Source: Chiloscyllium plagiosum (lineage: Eukaryota). From it: a stretch of DNA of 40,340 nt. Position numbers and translations under genes: made by a program. The notes beneath the pieces were generated by a model. The model saw nothing but the letters and a program-made list of their open reading frames with translations, did no database searches and had not been told where the DNA came from. Within the stretch, counting starts at the first letter, position 1; every line of letters begins with the position of its first letter. Location of the stretch: positions 1-40,340 of the forward strand of contig NW_025214449.1 in assembly GCF_004010195.1 (NCBI RefSeq), in the 5' to 3' direction. This document shows, in pieces, positions 26,687 to 39,429 of the stretch.

Positions 26687-27779
26687 CAAAAGTAAGTCAG
26701 CCACATTGTGAGCCCAAATGATAATCTTAAACTGGTTGTTCATCTAGCTCTTAACACATTTGAGATTTTTCAGAAGTGCTGACCAATACTATGATGTACA
26801 ATGTCCTCTCTAGGACTTCTACTAACTAATGGCACTATGTTCACAATTTTCCAACCAAAAGAAACAATTCCTATGCAGGAAGGCTTTGGGAGATTGTAGA
26901 GAAAACTTCTGCAACCTTTCTCACATACTTTCTCTAAAATCAGGCATGTAAATCATATGGTTCTAGGAATATGTGAGCCTTTTGTGTATTTTCTTTCCCC
27001 CAATTGTTTATTTGCTGACATTAGCTTTAGCGAATTCCAGTCTTCACTGCAGTTAACTGGACAATTTATGCATTAATTAAGTGTGAAATCCTAAAATGTT
27101 TGCAGGCGGGATTGAAAACCTGAAAAAAAAGATGAAAAGTTTGCAAAATCCTAAGGCGCTATATAAATGTAAGCATTTTGCAGCTTTGAGCAGGCAGTGA
27201 CATGGAGGAAGCGAAAAGCAAAGTGAGACCCATAAATTACAAGAAATTTACTTAGCAACGTCCTCAAGCTGGAGTCTCATCACGGCGACCATGGCAATGG
27301 GAGGAACAATAGTTTCCAACCAGCATGTTTCAAGCTTCTTTCATGTAGACCTGAAGGTAGATTCATAACACTGGGCATAGGACCTGCTATTGCTTATGGC
27401 ACAATGCCAATGAAGTCCTTGGTGCCAATGTCATAAAGGGAAAATGTAGTGCATGTGGGCAGCATTTAATCCAGTCAGGGGAGTGTGGGAGGAGGGGGTG
27501 GAGCTTAGAATTAGGCAAAAAGGGAGGGACAGAGTGTCCATCACCTTTCTGACCTCCTGTGATTCAGTAAAGTGTACAGCATGTCTTCCTACCTGGAGGT
27601 TAATTAAGGATCTTAACTGCCAATTAATCGCCAAACAAGATATATAAAAAGCTAATCATGAACATATTCAATGACTGAGCTTCTGTAACCCTCTGAGGTA
27701 GATGCTGATGTTCCAAGAGTGATAGGAGGCTGCTCCATGCCAAATGGAAAAGCCACTAGGAATAAGCTGGACTGATTCC

Positions 27780-28225
27780 TGTGATGCAGGATTGACATAT
27801 GAGGAGAGATTGAATTGGTTTGGATTACGTTTGCTGGAGTTCAGATGAATAAGGGGGGAAAGGTGTGGATTTCATCGAAACCGATACGATTCTAACAGGA
27901 CCAGACAGGAAGGATGCTCCTAAAGAAAAAGAACCAGAGGTCACAGTATAAAGATACACAGTAGGTCATTTTAGACTGAAATGAGGAGAGATTTCTTCAC
28001 CCAGAGAGTGGTGAACCTGCGAAATCTGCCACCACAAACAGTAGTCAAGGCCAAGTAATTGTATGATTTCAAGAAGGAGTTGAATGTAGCATTGGAAGCT
28101 GAAGGATCAAAGGAGATGGGGGTGAAACAAGAACAGGTTATTGAGCTGGTAATCAGCCATGATCATAATGAATACTGGAGACAACTCTTAGGGCTGAATG
28201 GCCTACCTCCACTCCTATTTTTCTA
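27780..28225 (+). mobile_element. CR1-type LINE 3' end
   Basis: ggattgacatatgaggagagattg (GLTYEERL) through gggctgaatggcctacct...cctatttt. Confidence 0.82.
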
Positions 28226-28929
28226 AGTCTGTTTGAGATTCTGGGTGGGTGGCGTTGGTGTGAGCATTCCTGATTGGAAACTTTGTAGACCATAGAGATC
28301 ATGCCCAGTAGCTGGAACCGTCCCAAGTTACACATTACTCTCAGTAATTGTTACCCCCACCTCCCCACACCCCCACCCGAACCTATCTCAAACTCCTTGC
28401 CAGGGCAGGCTGGCTTGTGTTGATGAGACAGATCAAATTAACTAATTTCATGATTTCTGGTCCTGGATGATCCAGCAATGGTCACTACTTCCAGTGGTAT
28501 TGTTGACTCTGAAGAGATTCTGGTCTCCTATCAGCTTTTGCAAGCAGCATCTTCACTGTAAAAGAGATGTAAACCCTGATACCTTGCCTATTGGGTATAG
28601 AATTGTGTTGTACTTTCCAGAAATGACTGTGGTAGGTTTTCTCCCACCCTTCCAGCATACCACCAACCCATCTGGTACATTCAGCACAGTAAGAGCCACT
28701 TATATTGTCATAAAGTCATGGATCAGTGTAGCCTAGACAACATTACAATACTAGAAGTTTAATAATCCTAAAATAGGTAGCAAGCCAAGAGAATGGTGTG
28801 TTACCTTCTTACAAGTACTTTGAATGTACTCTGGAACTATTTGCAACTGACCAGTACTCCACCCCCCACTCCCACAAACCCCCTTCACATTATTGATGTT
28901 TCCATGAGAGTCATACAACGTACACTGTG

Positions 28930-29112
28930 GGAGTTGGTTAGCCCAGGTAGCTGGATGGCTGTTCAGATTAATGCCAATGGCATGGGTTCAACTTCTAATA
29001 GTGGCCGAGGTTACAAAGAAGGACTCTCCTTCTCAAACTCAACCCTACCTAAGTGTTAAACCACCATCAGTCATAGCTCTCTGAGGTGCTCTGGAACTAT
29101 GGTGATATTACA
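28930..29112 (+). mobile_element. Degraded tRNA-derived SINE
   Basis: ggttagcccagg...gggttcaacttc (A/B-box-like), followed by gaaggactctccttctc...ttaaaccacca; recalled shark SINE similarity. Confidence 0.5.
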
Positions 29113-29984
29113 CTCTCTCACTCATTCCTACACTAGGCATCTACTCTTGAATATTCTCTTACATGACACACACACACAAAGCATCAATACCTCTTAGCTC
29201 ATGTGTCTATATAGCCTTTTAGCATATTACTTTTCTGTAACACCCAGAGCCTGTTTGTACCAGGGATACATACATTAAATGTCAAGAAGAGCATAGTACT
29301 TTCAAATGGCCCCGATTCTTCTTGCACAAAACCTCAAAACCATAGGCTGCCATGGAGAAAGATCTTTGAAGTGGGGAAACTGACTAACCACTTGAAATTG
29401 ACCAAATATGTCTTAGGAAAATTCCGTTGCAAGTTAGACAGCCTGGACTGCCTAAAGGTAGCAGCTTCAAGGTAGAGTTCTCAGAGACGCAGATACTGAT
29501 GTGCAAGATTTCCTCTTACTTGTCACACATCAGATTGTATGGGAACTTCCCTGTTAAAAGAAATGTAAGTATTTATATATGGGGCCAAATATAGGAGGTT
29601 ATATAATGACATGGGCCCCATTTATAGCTACGCTGTGAATTTGGGAATTCAACTACATTGAAGCTTGGTTGGCTGACTTGTTATATATATTCCTTATTCT
29701 TTGAAGCAGAGCACTGTGACCTTGGATGACCTTAGACATCCCTTTAGTAACTTTGCTTAAGTAATATCCGAGAAGGAGTCAGCTGCTTAAAAAAAATTGA
29801 AAGCTATTGTATGTCTGACTACTATTGGCTACACCAATAGTTTGAAACCCGAAAGGTGAAGAATAACTCCTCCTTTTCTTTCAAATCAGAACCACAGAAT
29901 TACACGTGAAGCATCCAACAGCTCACTCCAATCAGCTCACTGATGCATATAAATTTCTTCATTGTTGGGAGGGTAGATAATGTA

Positions 29985-30310
29985 GGTTGCCTGGCTGAGA
30001 GATCTAGAACAGGGGACACAGTTTCAGAGTAACAGAGAGTCCATCTCACACTGAGGTGCAGAAAAATGTCTTCACTCAAAATTTGACAAATCTCATAAGT
30101 TCTCTCCAGAGGGTTGTGGAGCTTGGTGTTTGAGTGTGTTCATGACAAGAGATGAAGAACTTTTGAGATATTAATAATATTAAAGGATATGGGAATGGTG
30201 CAGGAAAATGGCATTGAGGAGAAGATCAACCATGATCTAATGCAATGATGGACCAAACTTGATGTGCCAAAGAGGCTAATGCTGCTCCAAACTCCTAAGT
30301 GCTTGTGTAA
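29985..30310 (+). mobile_element. Degraded CR1-type LINE 3' end
   Basis: gatctagaacaggggacacagtttcagagt...tcttcactca...gatcaaccatgatcta. Confidence 0.7.
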
Positions 30311-31106
30311 ATCAATGTTGAAGGCTATCCACTGCAAGCAGTATTTCCAATGCCTAGACTGCTTTCTTATCCTTTTAGACCCAGAAAGTGGATTTCATGT
30401 ACAATGAAGGTACATTAATTTCAGGATCAAATTAGAAGTTCCACTGTGACTATCATCACCACTATCCTTTATGACACTAGTGGGTACACTTGGAAGTTTA
30501 TGTGCTTTTTGATAAATTTTAGAAACAGGATAAATTAAATCAGTAAATAGTTGTAAAGTCACAAGTATTGTCATTTTTATTGCTTTGCTTGAACTCTCGG
30601 TGCTCTTTTTGTGTGGGCAATCACATCATTTCTTTCAAAGGAACTTGGGTAAAATTCAATTGCCCCATAACTTATATATCTGTTTTAGATTGGTTTTTAA
30701 CAATCCATTAGCCTACTCATAAATCTTGTTGATTCTTGAAATGTTTGGAAAATATTCTGAACCATAAAAATACAATTATACTGAATTTATAGAAACAAAG
30801 TAAATCCGTTGATTAAACTGAACAATGTTGAGTTACGTCCATGTGATTGTTCTCCCTCCCTACTTCACCCACTCTTAGCACTAATTTAGCTTTTTCTGAA
30901 ATACATCTATGCTATTCAGATAAACTAACCCTTGCGATGACAGATTCCATATTCTAATTAACTGCTGGGTAAGTAACCTTTTGTAAACCTATATTAAAGA
31001 ATAAATGACTGGTTTGGGTATCTGAGCTAATATAAAGAAGGGCAAGGGAGCAATCGCTCTCCTCTCCCCAGGCTTCCTTGTTAATGTATTAGCAATACAA
31101 GGATGA

Positions 31107-31882
31107 CATGATTTGGAGATGCCAGTGTTGGACTGGCACAATTACACAACACCAGGTTATAGTCCAACAGGTTTATTTGCAAGCACTAGCTTTCGGGGCA
31201 CTGCTCCTTCATCAGGTGGTTGTGGAGTATAAGATTGTAAGACACAGAATTTATAATAAAAGTTTACAGTGTGACGTAACTGAAATTATATATTGAAAAA
31301 GATCTGGATTGTTTGTTAAGTCTGTCATCTTCTAGAATGAACATATTGGTTTCAGTTCTTTCATATGTAAATTGCAGAACATTTAAAACTTACATTCTCA
31401 AGTGAACTTTAACAAATGGTGTCATGTCGGCCCAGATAATGGATTGAAGGTGTGAGGTGCCCTGTGTCTATGCCCCAATGTTCAGACCGATTCTAATCTA
31501 AAAATATGGATTAACAAAATCTTACATGGATTCATGCAGTTTTTCAGCAAAATGAAATGTAATTCTGCAAGTCCAAATTCACCCCACAAACTTATATGTG
31601 TATGTGTCCATGTGTGTGTGTGTGTGGATGGGGGGTCTGCGATTTACATTTGAAAGAACTGAAACCAACATGTTCATTCTAAAAGATGAGAGACTTAACA
31701 AACAATCCAGTCTTTTTTAATATATAATTTCAGCTACATCACACTGTGAACTTTTATTATAAATTCTGTGTCTTACGATCTTATACTCAACAACCACCTG
31801 ATGGAGCAGCAGCGCTCCGAAAGCTAGTGCTTCCAAATAAACCTGTTGGACTATAATCTGCTGATGTGTGATTTTTAATTTT
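31107..31882. mobile_element. Fold-back Penelope-type mini-element with ~240-bp inverted arms and a 12-bp TSD
   Basis: Arms ~31141-31378 and ~31636-31875 are reverse complements (ORFs 31108+ and 31908- share a translation). ATACAAGGATGA flanks it at 31095-31106 and 31883-31894. Confidence 0.88.
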
Positions 31883-32529
31883 ATACAAGGATGAAACTGT
31901 TCTGACACAAGGGGGAGCTTTTACCTACAAGTACAAAACATCTTGATATGTGAAATATACTTTACAAACTAACATGCTCTCAAATAGGTTGAGAGTTTTT
32001 TGAGTTTTACTGCAGGTATTGGTGGGTTTGTTCTCTGAAACACTGAAGAGATTGTTCCAGCAATTCTTGTTTTTGTTTCAAAAAGTGAAGGAAAGCAGAC
32101 AAACCAACGGGCATTGACTTCAGCCCTGTCAATCCTGAAAGTCCTCCTTTCCTACTACTGGGCCTTCAGAGCCAAAATTAGGAGAGGTTTCCCAAACTCA
32201 TCAAGCAACAGTTTAATGTGGTCTTACTCATCAAATCATTCTTTAAGGACAATGTCCCCAGACACCACTATCACCTATCCCAGGATAATCCAACAAGGGA
32301 ACAAATTGCCAAAGGAAATCATTGCAGCACCTTCATGAAATATTCAAGACCAATCTTCAGATTATTTCCATTTCATTTCATGACAGGACTAGAATTTCAG
32401 CAGGTTATACTTTTTTAAGATCAAACTATAAATGTACATGTTTTATAGATATATATTGTATATATGTGTGTGTTTATGTGGAATGTGGATATTAGTCTGT
32501 GGTGCAAACGCAACAAAAGCAGAAGCAAA

Positions 32530-32885
32530 ATGTGATTGGAGGTCAATCTCATTCATTCCAGGACATTTCTGTAGGAGTTCCTCAGAATAGTGTCTTAGGC
32601 CCAACCATCTTCAATTACTTCACCAATGATATCCCCTCTATTATTAAACGGGGGTCTTGACTGATGATCGCACAAAGTTCAGCATGATTTGTAACTTTTC
32701 AAATACTGAAGCAGTTCATCTCCATATTCAGCAAGATCTGCACAACATTTAGACTTGAGTTATGAGGGCAAGTAAGGCAACAAGACAATGCAACAACCAT
32801 TTCCAACAAGAGAGAATATATAACCGTCTACCCTTCACATTCATTGGCATTACTATTGTTGAACCTCCTGGAAGTCACCAGAAAT
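32530..32885 (+). mobile_element. LINE RT fragment (CR1/L2 group)
   Basis: ggagttcctcagaatagtgtcttaggcccaaccatcttc = GVPQ(N)SVLGPTIF. An antisense homologue lies at ~39200-39350. Confidence 0.75.
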
Positions 32886-35800
32886 TAAATTCGATCATCT
32901 TATCTCTACTTCTCATGATTTTACAAACCCTTGTAAGGTCACCACTCAACCTCCTACACCCCAATGAAAATACTTCCAGCCTATCCTTATAACTCAAATC
33001 CTCAAGGCGCAAATCTGCTAACAATACTCCAAATGCAGTCTAACCAGAGCCTTATACAGCCTCAGCAGTACATCTCTGCTCTGTATTCTCGTCCTCTTGA
33101 AATGAATGCTGACATTGCATTTTCCCTCCTAACTGCCAGCAGAACCTGCATGTCAACCTTTCAGAATCCTGAACTCGAACTCCCACGTCCCCTTTGTTCT
33201 TCAGATTTCCAAAGCCTTTCCCTATTTACAAAATATTCAGGGCCTCTATTCATTCTACCAAAGTGCATGACCTTACACTTTCCCACATTGTATTCTATCT
33301 GCCACTTCTTTGCCCACACTTCTAGCTTGTCCAAGGCCTCTGCAGCCTCCCCATTTCCTCAACATTACCTGCCCCTCCAGCTATTGTGCCATCTACAAAC
33401 TTAGCAGCAATGCCCCAGGTTCCTTCATCCAGATTGTTAATGTATAATGTGAATAGTTGTGGTCCCAATATTGACCTCTGCGGAACTCCACTGTAATCCT
33501 GAAAGATCTTCTGCCAGTCTCTGCCATCTGCTAGTCAGCCAATCCTCTGTCCATACCAGTACCTATCCCCTACCAGCATGGGCTCTTATCTTTCACAGTC
33601 TCCTGTGTGGCACCTTGTCAAAGGCCTTCTGGATATCGAAATAGATCATGTCCACTGGATCTCTTTTGTTTAACTTGCTCATTCCCTCCCCAAACAATTC
33701 TGACACAATCTCCCCTTGACAAATCATGCTAATATGTACCATCACCCACCATCCCCACCCCACCAACACCACCCCCCCAGTCCCGTCATATTCCACAACC
33801 TCATCCTTCATAATGGTTTCTAAAATCTTACCAATGACCAAGGTCAAGCTGACCAGCATATCATTTCTTATCTTCCGCCTCTCTCCCTACTTAAACAACA
33901 GTGTTACATTCACCATTTAACAGCCTTTGGGACCCTCCCTGACTCCAATGATTCCTAAAAGATCACCACCACGTCTCCAGAATTTCCTTAACTATCTCCT
34001 TCAGAACTCTGGGGTGTAGTCCATCTGGTTCAAGTGATTAATTTATCCACCTTCAGGCTTTTCTGCTGTCCCAGCAAATTATCCTTAGTGATGACCACTA
34101 CACTCTCCTCTGCCCCAGACTCTCAAAGTTCTGGGTTACCACTGGTGTCTTCCACCATGAAGACTAAAACAAAGTATCTATTCAGTTCCTCTGCCACTTC
34201 TTTGTTCCCAATTACTATATCTCCAGCCTCAGTATCTGGCAGTTTAATAACCACTCTTGCCTCTCTCTCACCTTTCATATGTTAAAAAAACTCTTGAAAT
34301 CTTCTTTTGTATTACTAGCTAGCTTACTCTCATATTTCATCTTATCCCTATTGCTGTTTTAGTTTTGCTGGTTTTCAAAGTCTTCCCACTGATATTTGCC
34401 ACATAGGATGTTATTTCCTTTTGCTTTTATGTTGTCCCTGCTTTCTCCTGTCAGGCATGGTTGCCTCATCTTCCCCTCAGTATGTTTTTTTTCCTGAAGG
34501 TCCTAAATGAAAACTTTGTGCTGGAATTCCCTAAAGAGAAGGAACTGGTGGAAGATGACCTCAGGGAACAGAATGTTGAGTTTCTAAGCCAAGTTGCTAT
34601 TAAAAAGGAAGAAGTGTTGATCATCTTAAAAAATAGTAAGGTAGATGAGTCCCCAGGTCCTGACGGGATCTGTCCCAGAATATTGAGGGAGGCAAGAGAA
34701 CAAATTACTGGAGTGTTGGCAGACATCTTTGCATCCTCTTAGGCCACAGATGAAGTCCCAAAGGACTGGAGAATAGCCAATGCTGTCACACTGTTGAAGG
34801 GTAACAGGGATAATCCTGGAAATTACAGGTTTGTGAATCTCACGTTGGTGGTAGGGAATTATTGGAAAAATTTCTTAGGGACAAGATCTGTACACATTTA
34901 GAAGCATATAGATTATTAGCGATAGTCAGCATAGTTTTGTGCAGGGGAGGGGGAAGTTGTGCCTCACTAACTTGATTGAGTTTTTTGAGGAGGTGACAAA
35001 GATGACTGATGAGGGAAAAGCAATTAATATTGTTTACATGGACTGCAGTAAGTCCTTTGACAAGTCCTCATGGTTGACTAGTGCAAAAGGTTAAAGTCAC
35101 ATAGTATCAGAATGAGCTGGCAAGATGGATCCAGAACTGGCTTCATCATAGGAGACAGAGGGTAATGGTGGAATAATGCTTTTTGGAATGAAGGGTGTGA
35201 CTAGTAATGTTCCACAGGGATCAGTGCTGGGACATTTGCTGTTCATGATCTAGATAAATAATTTGGTGGAAAACGTAGCTGGTCTAATTAGTAGGTTTAC
35301 AGATGATACAGAGATGGGTGGAGTTGTGGATAGTGAGGAGGATTGTCAGAGGATACAGCAGGATATAGATCAACTGGAGGCATGGGCAGAAAAATGGCAT
35401 AATCCAGACAAATGTGAGATGATGCATTTGGAAGGTCAATTGCAAGTGGAAATTATACAGTGAATGGCAGAACCCTTAGGAGTATTGATATGCGGCGGGG
35501 TTTGGGTGTGCGGGTCCACAGATCATTGAAGGGGGCAGGGCAGATAGACAAGGTTGTAAAAAGGCTTCTGGCATGCTTGCCTTCATTGGAAGGGGCACTG
35601 GGTACAAGGATAGGCGAATTATGTCACAACTTTGTAGAACTTTAGTTAGGCCACACTTGGAATATTGAATACAGTCCTGGTCACTACACTACTAGAAGGA
35701 TGAGGATACTTTGGAGAGGGTACAGAATGGGTTTACAGGATGTTGCCTGGTATGGGGGGGATTTTAGTGATGAAGAAACCTCCTGGAATGCAGGAGGTTG

Positions 35801-36140
35801 AAGGGAAACCTTGCAGAAGTTTATAAGATTACAAATGGTGGAGTTAAAATGGAAAGCATGAAGCTTTTTCCCAGGGTGGAAGGGTCAATTACTAAGGGAC
35901 ACATGTTCAAGGTGCGAGGAGGGGGGGTAGTTTAAAAAAGACGTGTGAGGCAAGTTTTATTACAGAAAGGACGGTGAGTGCCTGGAATGTGCTGCCAGAG
36001 GAGGTGGTGGAAGCAGACACAATAACAGCATTCAAGAAGCACCTGGACAAATACATGAATAGGAAGGGAATAGAGGGATATGGATCCTGTAAGTGAAGAC
36101 AGTTTTAGCATGGAAGGACAAACTGTGGCAGTGCAAACTT

Positions 36141-36516
36141 AAGAACATCAGACCAAAAGACATAGGAGCAGAAATTAGGCCATTCAGCCCATCGAGTCTG
36201 CTCCACTATTCAATCATGGTTAGAGACAAAAAAGACTGCAGATGCCGGTATCTAAAGTAAACAGGTAGGAGGCTAGGAGAGCACAGCAAGCCAGGCAGCA
36301 TCAGGAAGTGGAGAAGTTGATGTTTCAGGTGTAACTCTTCTTCAGGACTGGGGGTGGGTGTGATGTCCTGAAGAATGGTTACACCCAAAATGTTATCTTT
36401 GCACCTCCTGATGCTGCCTGGCTTGCTGTGTTCTTCTAGCCTCCTGCCCACCATTCAATCATGGCTGATAGATTCCTCAATCCCATACCTCCGCTTTCTC
36501 TCTGTAATCCTTGATC
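36141..36516 (-). mobile_element. CR1 3'-terminal fragment, antisense, nested in the 3' UTR of the previous element
   Basis: gacataggagcagaaattaggccattcagccc is the reverse complement of the CR1 tail seen at ~28190-28220. Confidence 0.75.
36220..36449. mobile_element. Fold-back Penelope-type mini-element (~85-bp arms) with a ~21-bp TSD-like repeat
   Basis: Arms ~36264-36348 and 36365-36449 are inverted. Flanks are ctgctccactattcaatcatgg (36198-36219) and ctgcccaccattcaatcatgg (36444-36464). Confidence 0.82.
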
Positions 36517-37574
36517 CAAAAGGGCCTGTTCCTGTGCTGTATTGTTCTTCGTTCTTTGATCTTTGTTCTTGCTTGGGACGAATATCTGCTGTGGCTCCCA
36601 AATTACCACCAGACCCTGCTTTTGTTCCAACCAACTCTGGCTGGCTCCTCCCTCCTGTCTTCATAGATACCTTTACTTAGTTGTAATACTGTTATATCTG
36701 ACTCCACCTTCTCCCTCTCAAATTGCAGGATGATTGCTAACATATTATAGTCACTGACCCCTAGAGATTATTTCGCCCTAAAGTGCTAATCAAGTTTGCC
36801 TCATTGCACCTCACCAAATCCAGAATTACCTGTTCCCTAGGGGGCTCTACAACAAAATGCTCCAAAAAGAATCTCATCCACATTCCACAAATTCCTTTCC
36901 TTGGAATCTGCTGCAAATCTGATTTTCCCAGTCCACTAGAATATTGAAGTTCATTGTGATTATTGTAATAACAGCCTTCTTACATGCATTTTCTAACTCC
37001 GGATATATTTTCTGCCCCACATCCTGACTACTGCCAGAAGGCCCATACATAACTCCTGGGCTTGATCTATTTGCCTTTGTGGTTCCTCAATTGTACCCAC
37101 AAAGATTCTACGCCTTCTGACTTTATATCACTTCTTACTCTCTATTTAATTTCATTTCTCATTAAAAAGGCAGCCCAGTCCCCTCTGCCTTTTTGCCTGT
37201 TGTTTCAATAGAACAGGCATCCTCAGATATTTAGTCCCTAATCCTGATTCCCTTGCAACCACGTCTGTGATAGTCACATCATTGTACCTACCAATTTCAA
37301 CCTGTGCTGCAAGCTCATTTACCTTGTTTTGTATACTGTGCCCATTTAAGTACAACACCCTCAGCCCTGCGTTGACTGCCCCCCCTTCTCATAGCTGCCT
37401 TCTTATCTGCTGTACCGAAAGTTAGATTCCTGAACCTTTCCATACTCTCTGTCCTCTTACTTAATCTGAAAATGTTAATAGCCTTGCCTGACCTCTCGCC
37501 CCTTTAACCTTTTACATAATTTTCCATGCAAGATAGCCGCTTCCCCCATGCGCCATCACCCCCTCAACCTTCAT

Positions 37575-37700
37575 TGAGCTCTGAACAAGGGTCACTGGAC
37601 CTGAGACATTAATTCTGTTTTCTTTCTACAGATGCTGACAGACCTGCTCAGCTTTCCCAGCATTCTTAGTTTTTGCTTCAGAGTTCCAGCATCCTGAGGT
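37575..37700 (+). mobile_element. Penelope-type terminus with a degenerate hammerhead core
   Basis: CTGAACA-agggtc-actg-gacct-GAGA-catt followed by ctacagatgctgacagacctgctcagctttcccagca. Confidence 0.7.
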
Positions 37701-38399
37701 TTTTAAAATTTTCTGTCCCATAAATTTGAACCCATTTCTCTCACATGTATTTATGAGCCCCATATTTACCTCTTTAAACTTGTTGACCCTGTGCCAAATA
37801 GGTCATGGCTCTCATAGTACCTGGAGACGAGTAGTTTTTGGATTCTGCTTTTTAATTTAGACCCTAGCTGCTTATATTTGCTCAGCAGAGCCTTTCCACT
37901 TTCTAGCTGCATCGTTGGTACCTATATGGATCACAACAATTGGATCTTTCCCCTCCAACCCCAAGGTCCTCTGCAGCCCAGATGAAATACCTTGAACCTG
38001 GGCCCAAGGCCATAGAGCCTAGCGTCTATTCCCCTGACTATACTATCCCTAGTTACAACTACATTTCTGTTTTCTCCCCACGAACTCCTGAATGTTAATT
38101 GCTCATCAGTTTGCTCATCTTCTCTACAGCTCCCACTCTCGTTCACACAAGGACCAAAAATCTAAGACCTGTTAGACAAGCTCAAGAGCTGAGACTTTTT
38201 CAGCACTATCTCCTGGATCCCTCTCCTTGCCTTAATCATAGTCATACTCTTCTGTCCCTGACCACTGACTAAACCCGAGGTAGTTAAACTAAAGAGTGTG
38301 ACTGCATCTTGAAAAATCCAGATACCTTCCCTCTCCCTCTCCCTCATGTGTCACAGTGTTCGAAACTCAGACTCCAGCTCATCAATACTTGCTACAGAT

Positions 38400-38613
38400 G
38401 TTAAAAATCACACAACACCAGGTTATAGTCCAACAGGTTTAATTGGAAGCACTAGCTTTCGGAGCGACGCTCCTTCACCAGGACAATCACCTGAAAAAGG
38501 AGCGTCGCTCCGAAAGCTAGTGTGCTTCCAATTAAACCTGTTGGACTATAACCTGGTGTTGTGTGATTTTTAACTTTGTACACCCCAGTCCAACACTGGC
38601 ATCTCCGAATCAT
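38400..38613. mobile_element. Near-perfect fold-back mini-element (same family as 31107-31882)
   Basis: Arms 38400-38482 and 38490-38574 with a 7-nt loop. The tail ccagtccaacactggcatctccgaatcat is the reverse complement of 31108-31136. Confidence 0.9.
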
Positions 38614-39149
38614 TGGGGTCCACCAGCTCCCATATCATGCAGGCACAATACATCACTTGGCCCGGCATTTCAATTTTAATTACTTAGTTCTTAATTTGAT
38701 TTCCAAAAAATTCTACTGGCCTTTTAGATTGTAACCTGTGAATATTTCTCCTACTTACCTTCAATTTGAAAGTAACTAATAGTCACATTAGTAGCTACTA
38801 TCAACTAACAAGCTTATAGTTTACCTGCGATGTCGCTGCTCTGAGCTGGGCTCCTTATCCTGTTTTAAAAAACCTTACAAACTATGTGCCAAAATAAATG
38901 CAAAAAGCACCCCTTCCCAATGCACTGAATTCCCACACTGCCTCCAAATTTCTTGAACTACAGTATATACACACTTGGGCCGTGTCACACTGTGGATGTG
39001 ATCTCCTCTCCTGCCCACGCACAGGTTACTGGTTCCTGCTTAGAATCTCTCTTATTTGCATTGGTCATTGCTCATCACTTGTGTGGGACAAAAATTCTTT
39101 GCTACCTGTCAGCCCAAGCCTTGATATTTTCCAGGTCTTGCTGCAGTAG

Positions 39150-39400
39150 GACAGGGACTGATCGAGAATCTTAGGAATCAAGTGCTGAACATTATGCAAT
39201 CATCAGCAAACATCCCCACTTCTGACATGATGATGGAGGAAAGGACATTGATGAAGCAGCTGAAGATAGTTGGACCCAAGACACCAACCTGAGGAACTCC
39301 TGCAGAGATGTCTGGAGCAGAGATTACTGGCCTGCAATAAGGACAGTCATCTTTGTATGTGCTGGGTGTGAATAGGTAGAATAACTCACCTTGCTACAGT
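39150..39400 (-). mobile_element. LINE RT fragment, antisense
   Basis: gatgaagcagctgaagatagttgg...cctgaggaactcctgcag is the antisense GVPQG region. Confidence 0.7.
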
Positions 39401-39429
39401 CCAGCTGATGGTAATCATGAAGCATATGT

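Larger units (their letters stand above)
34496..36572 (+). mobile_element. 5'-truncated CR1 LINE (RT and 3' UTR) nested in the antisense CR1
   Basis: KVDESPGPDGICPRILRE, ISRFTDDTEMGGVVDSEED; the 3' end gggcctgttcctgtgctgtattgttcttcgttct resumes at ~36517. Confidence 0.85.
32890..38950 (-). mobile_element. Near-full-length but decayed CR1 LINE, antisense, with internal deletions and nested insertions
   Basis: ORF1 start MPGQVMYCACMIWELVD (ATG 38668, zinc-finger-like); SGNH esterase-like VVVTRDSIVRGID (~38060); AP-endonuclease start LYLNGHSIQNKVNEL (37358); RT DMIYFDIQKAFDKVPHRRL (~33600-33650). Confidence 0.8.
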
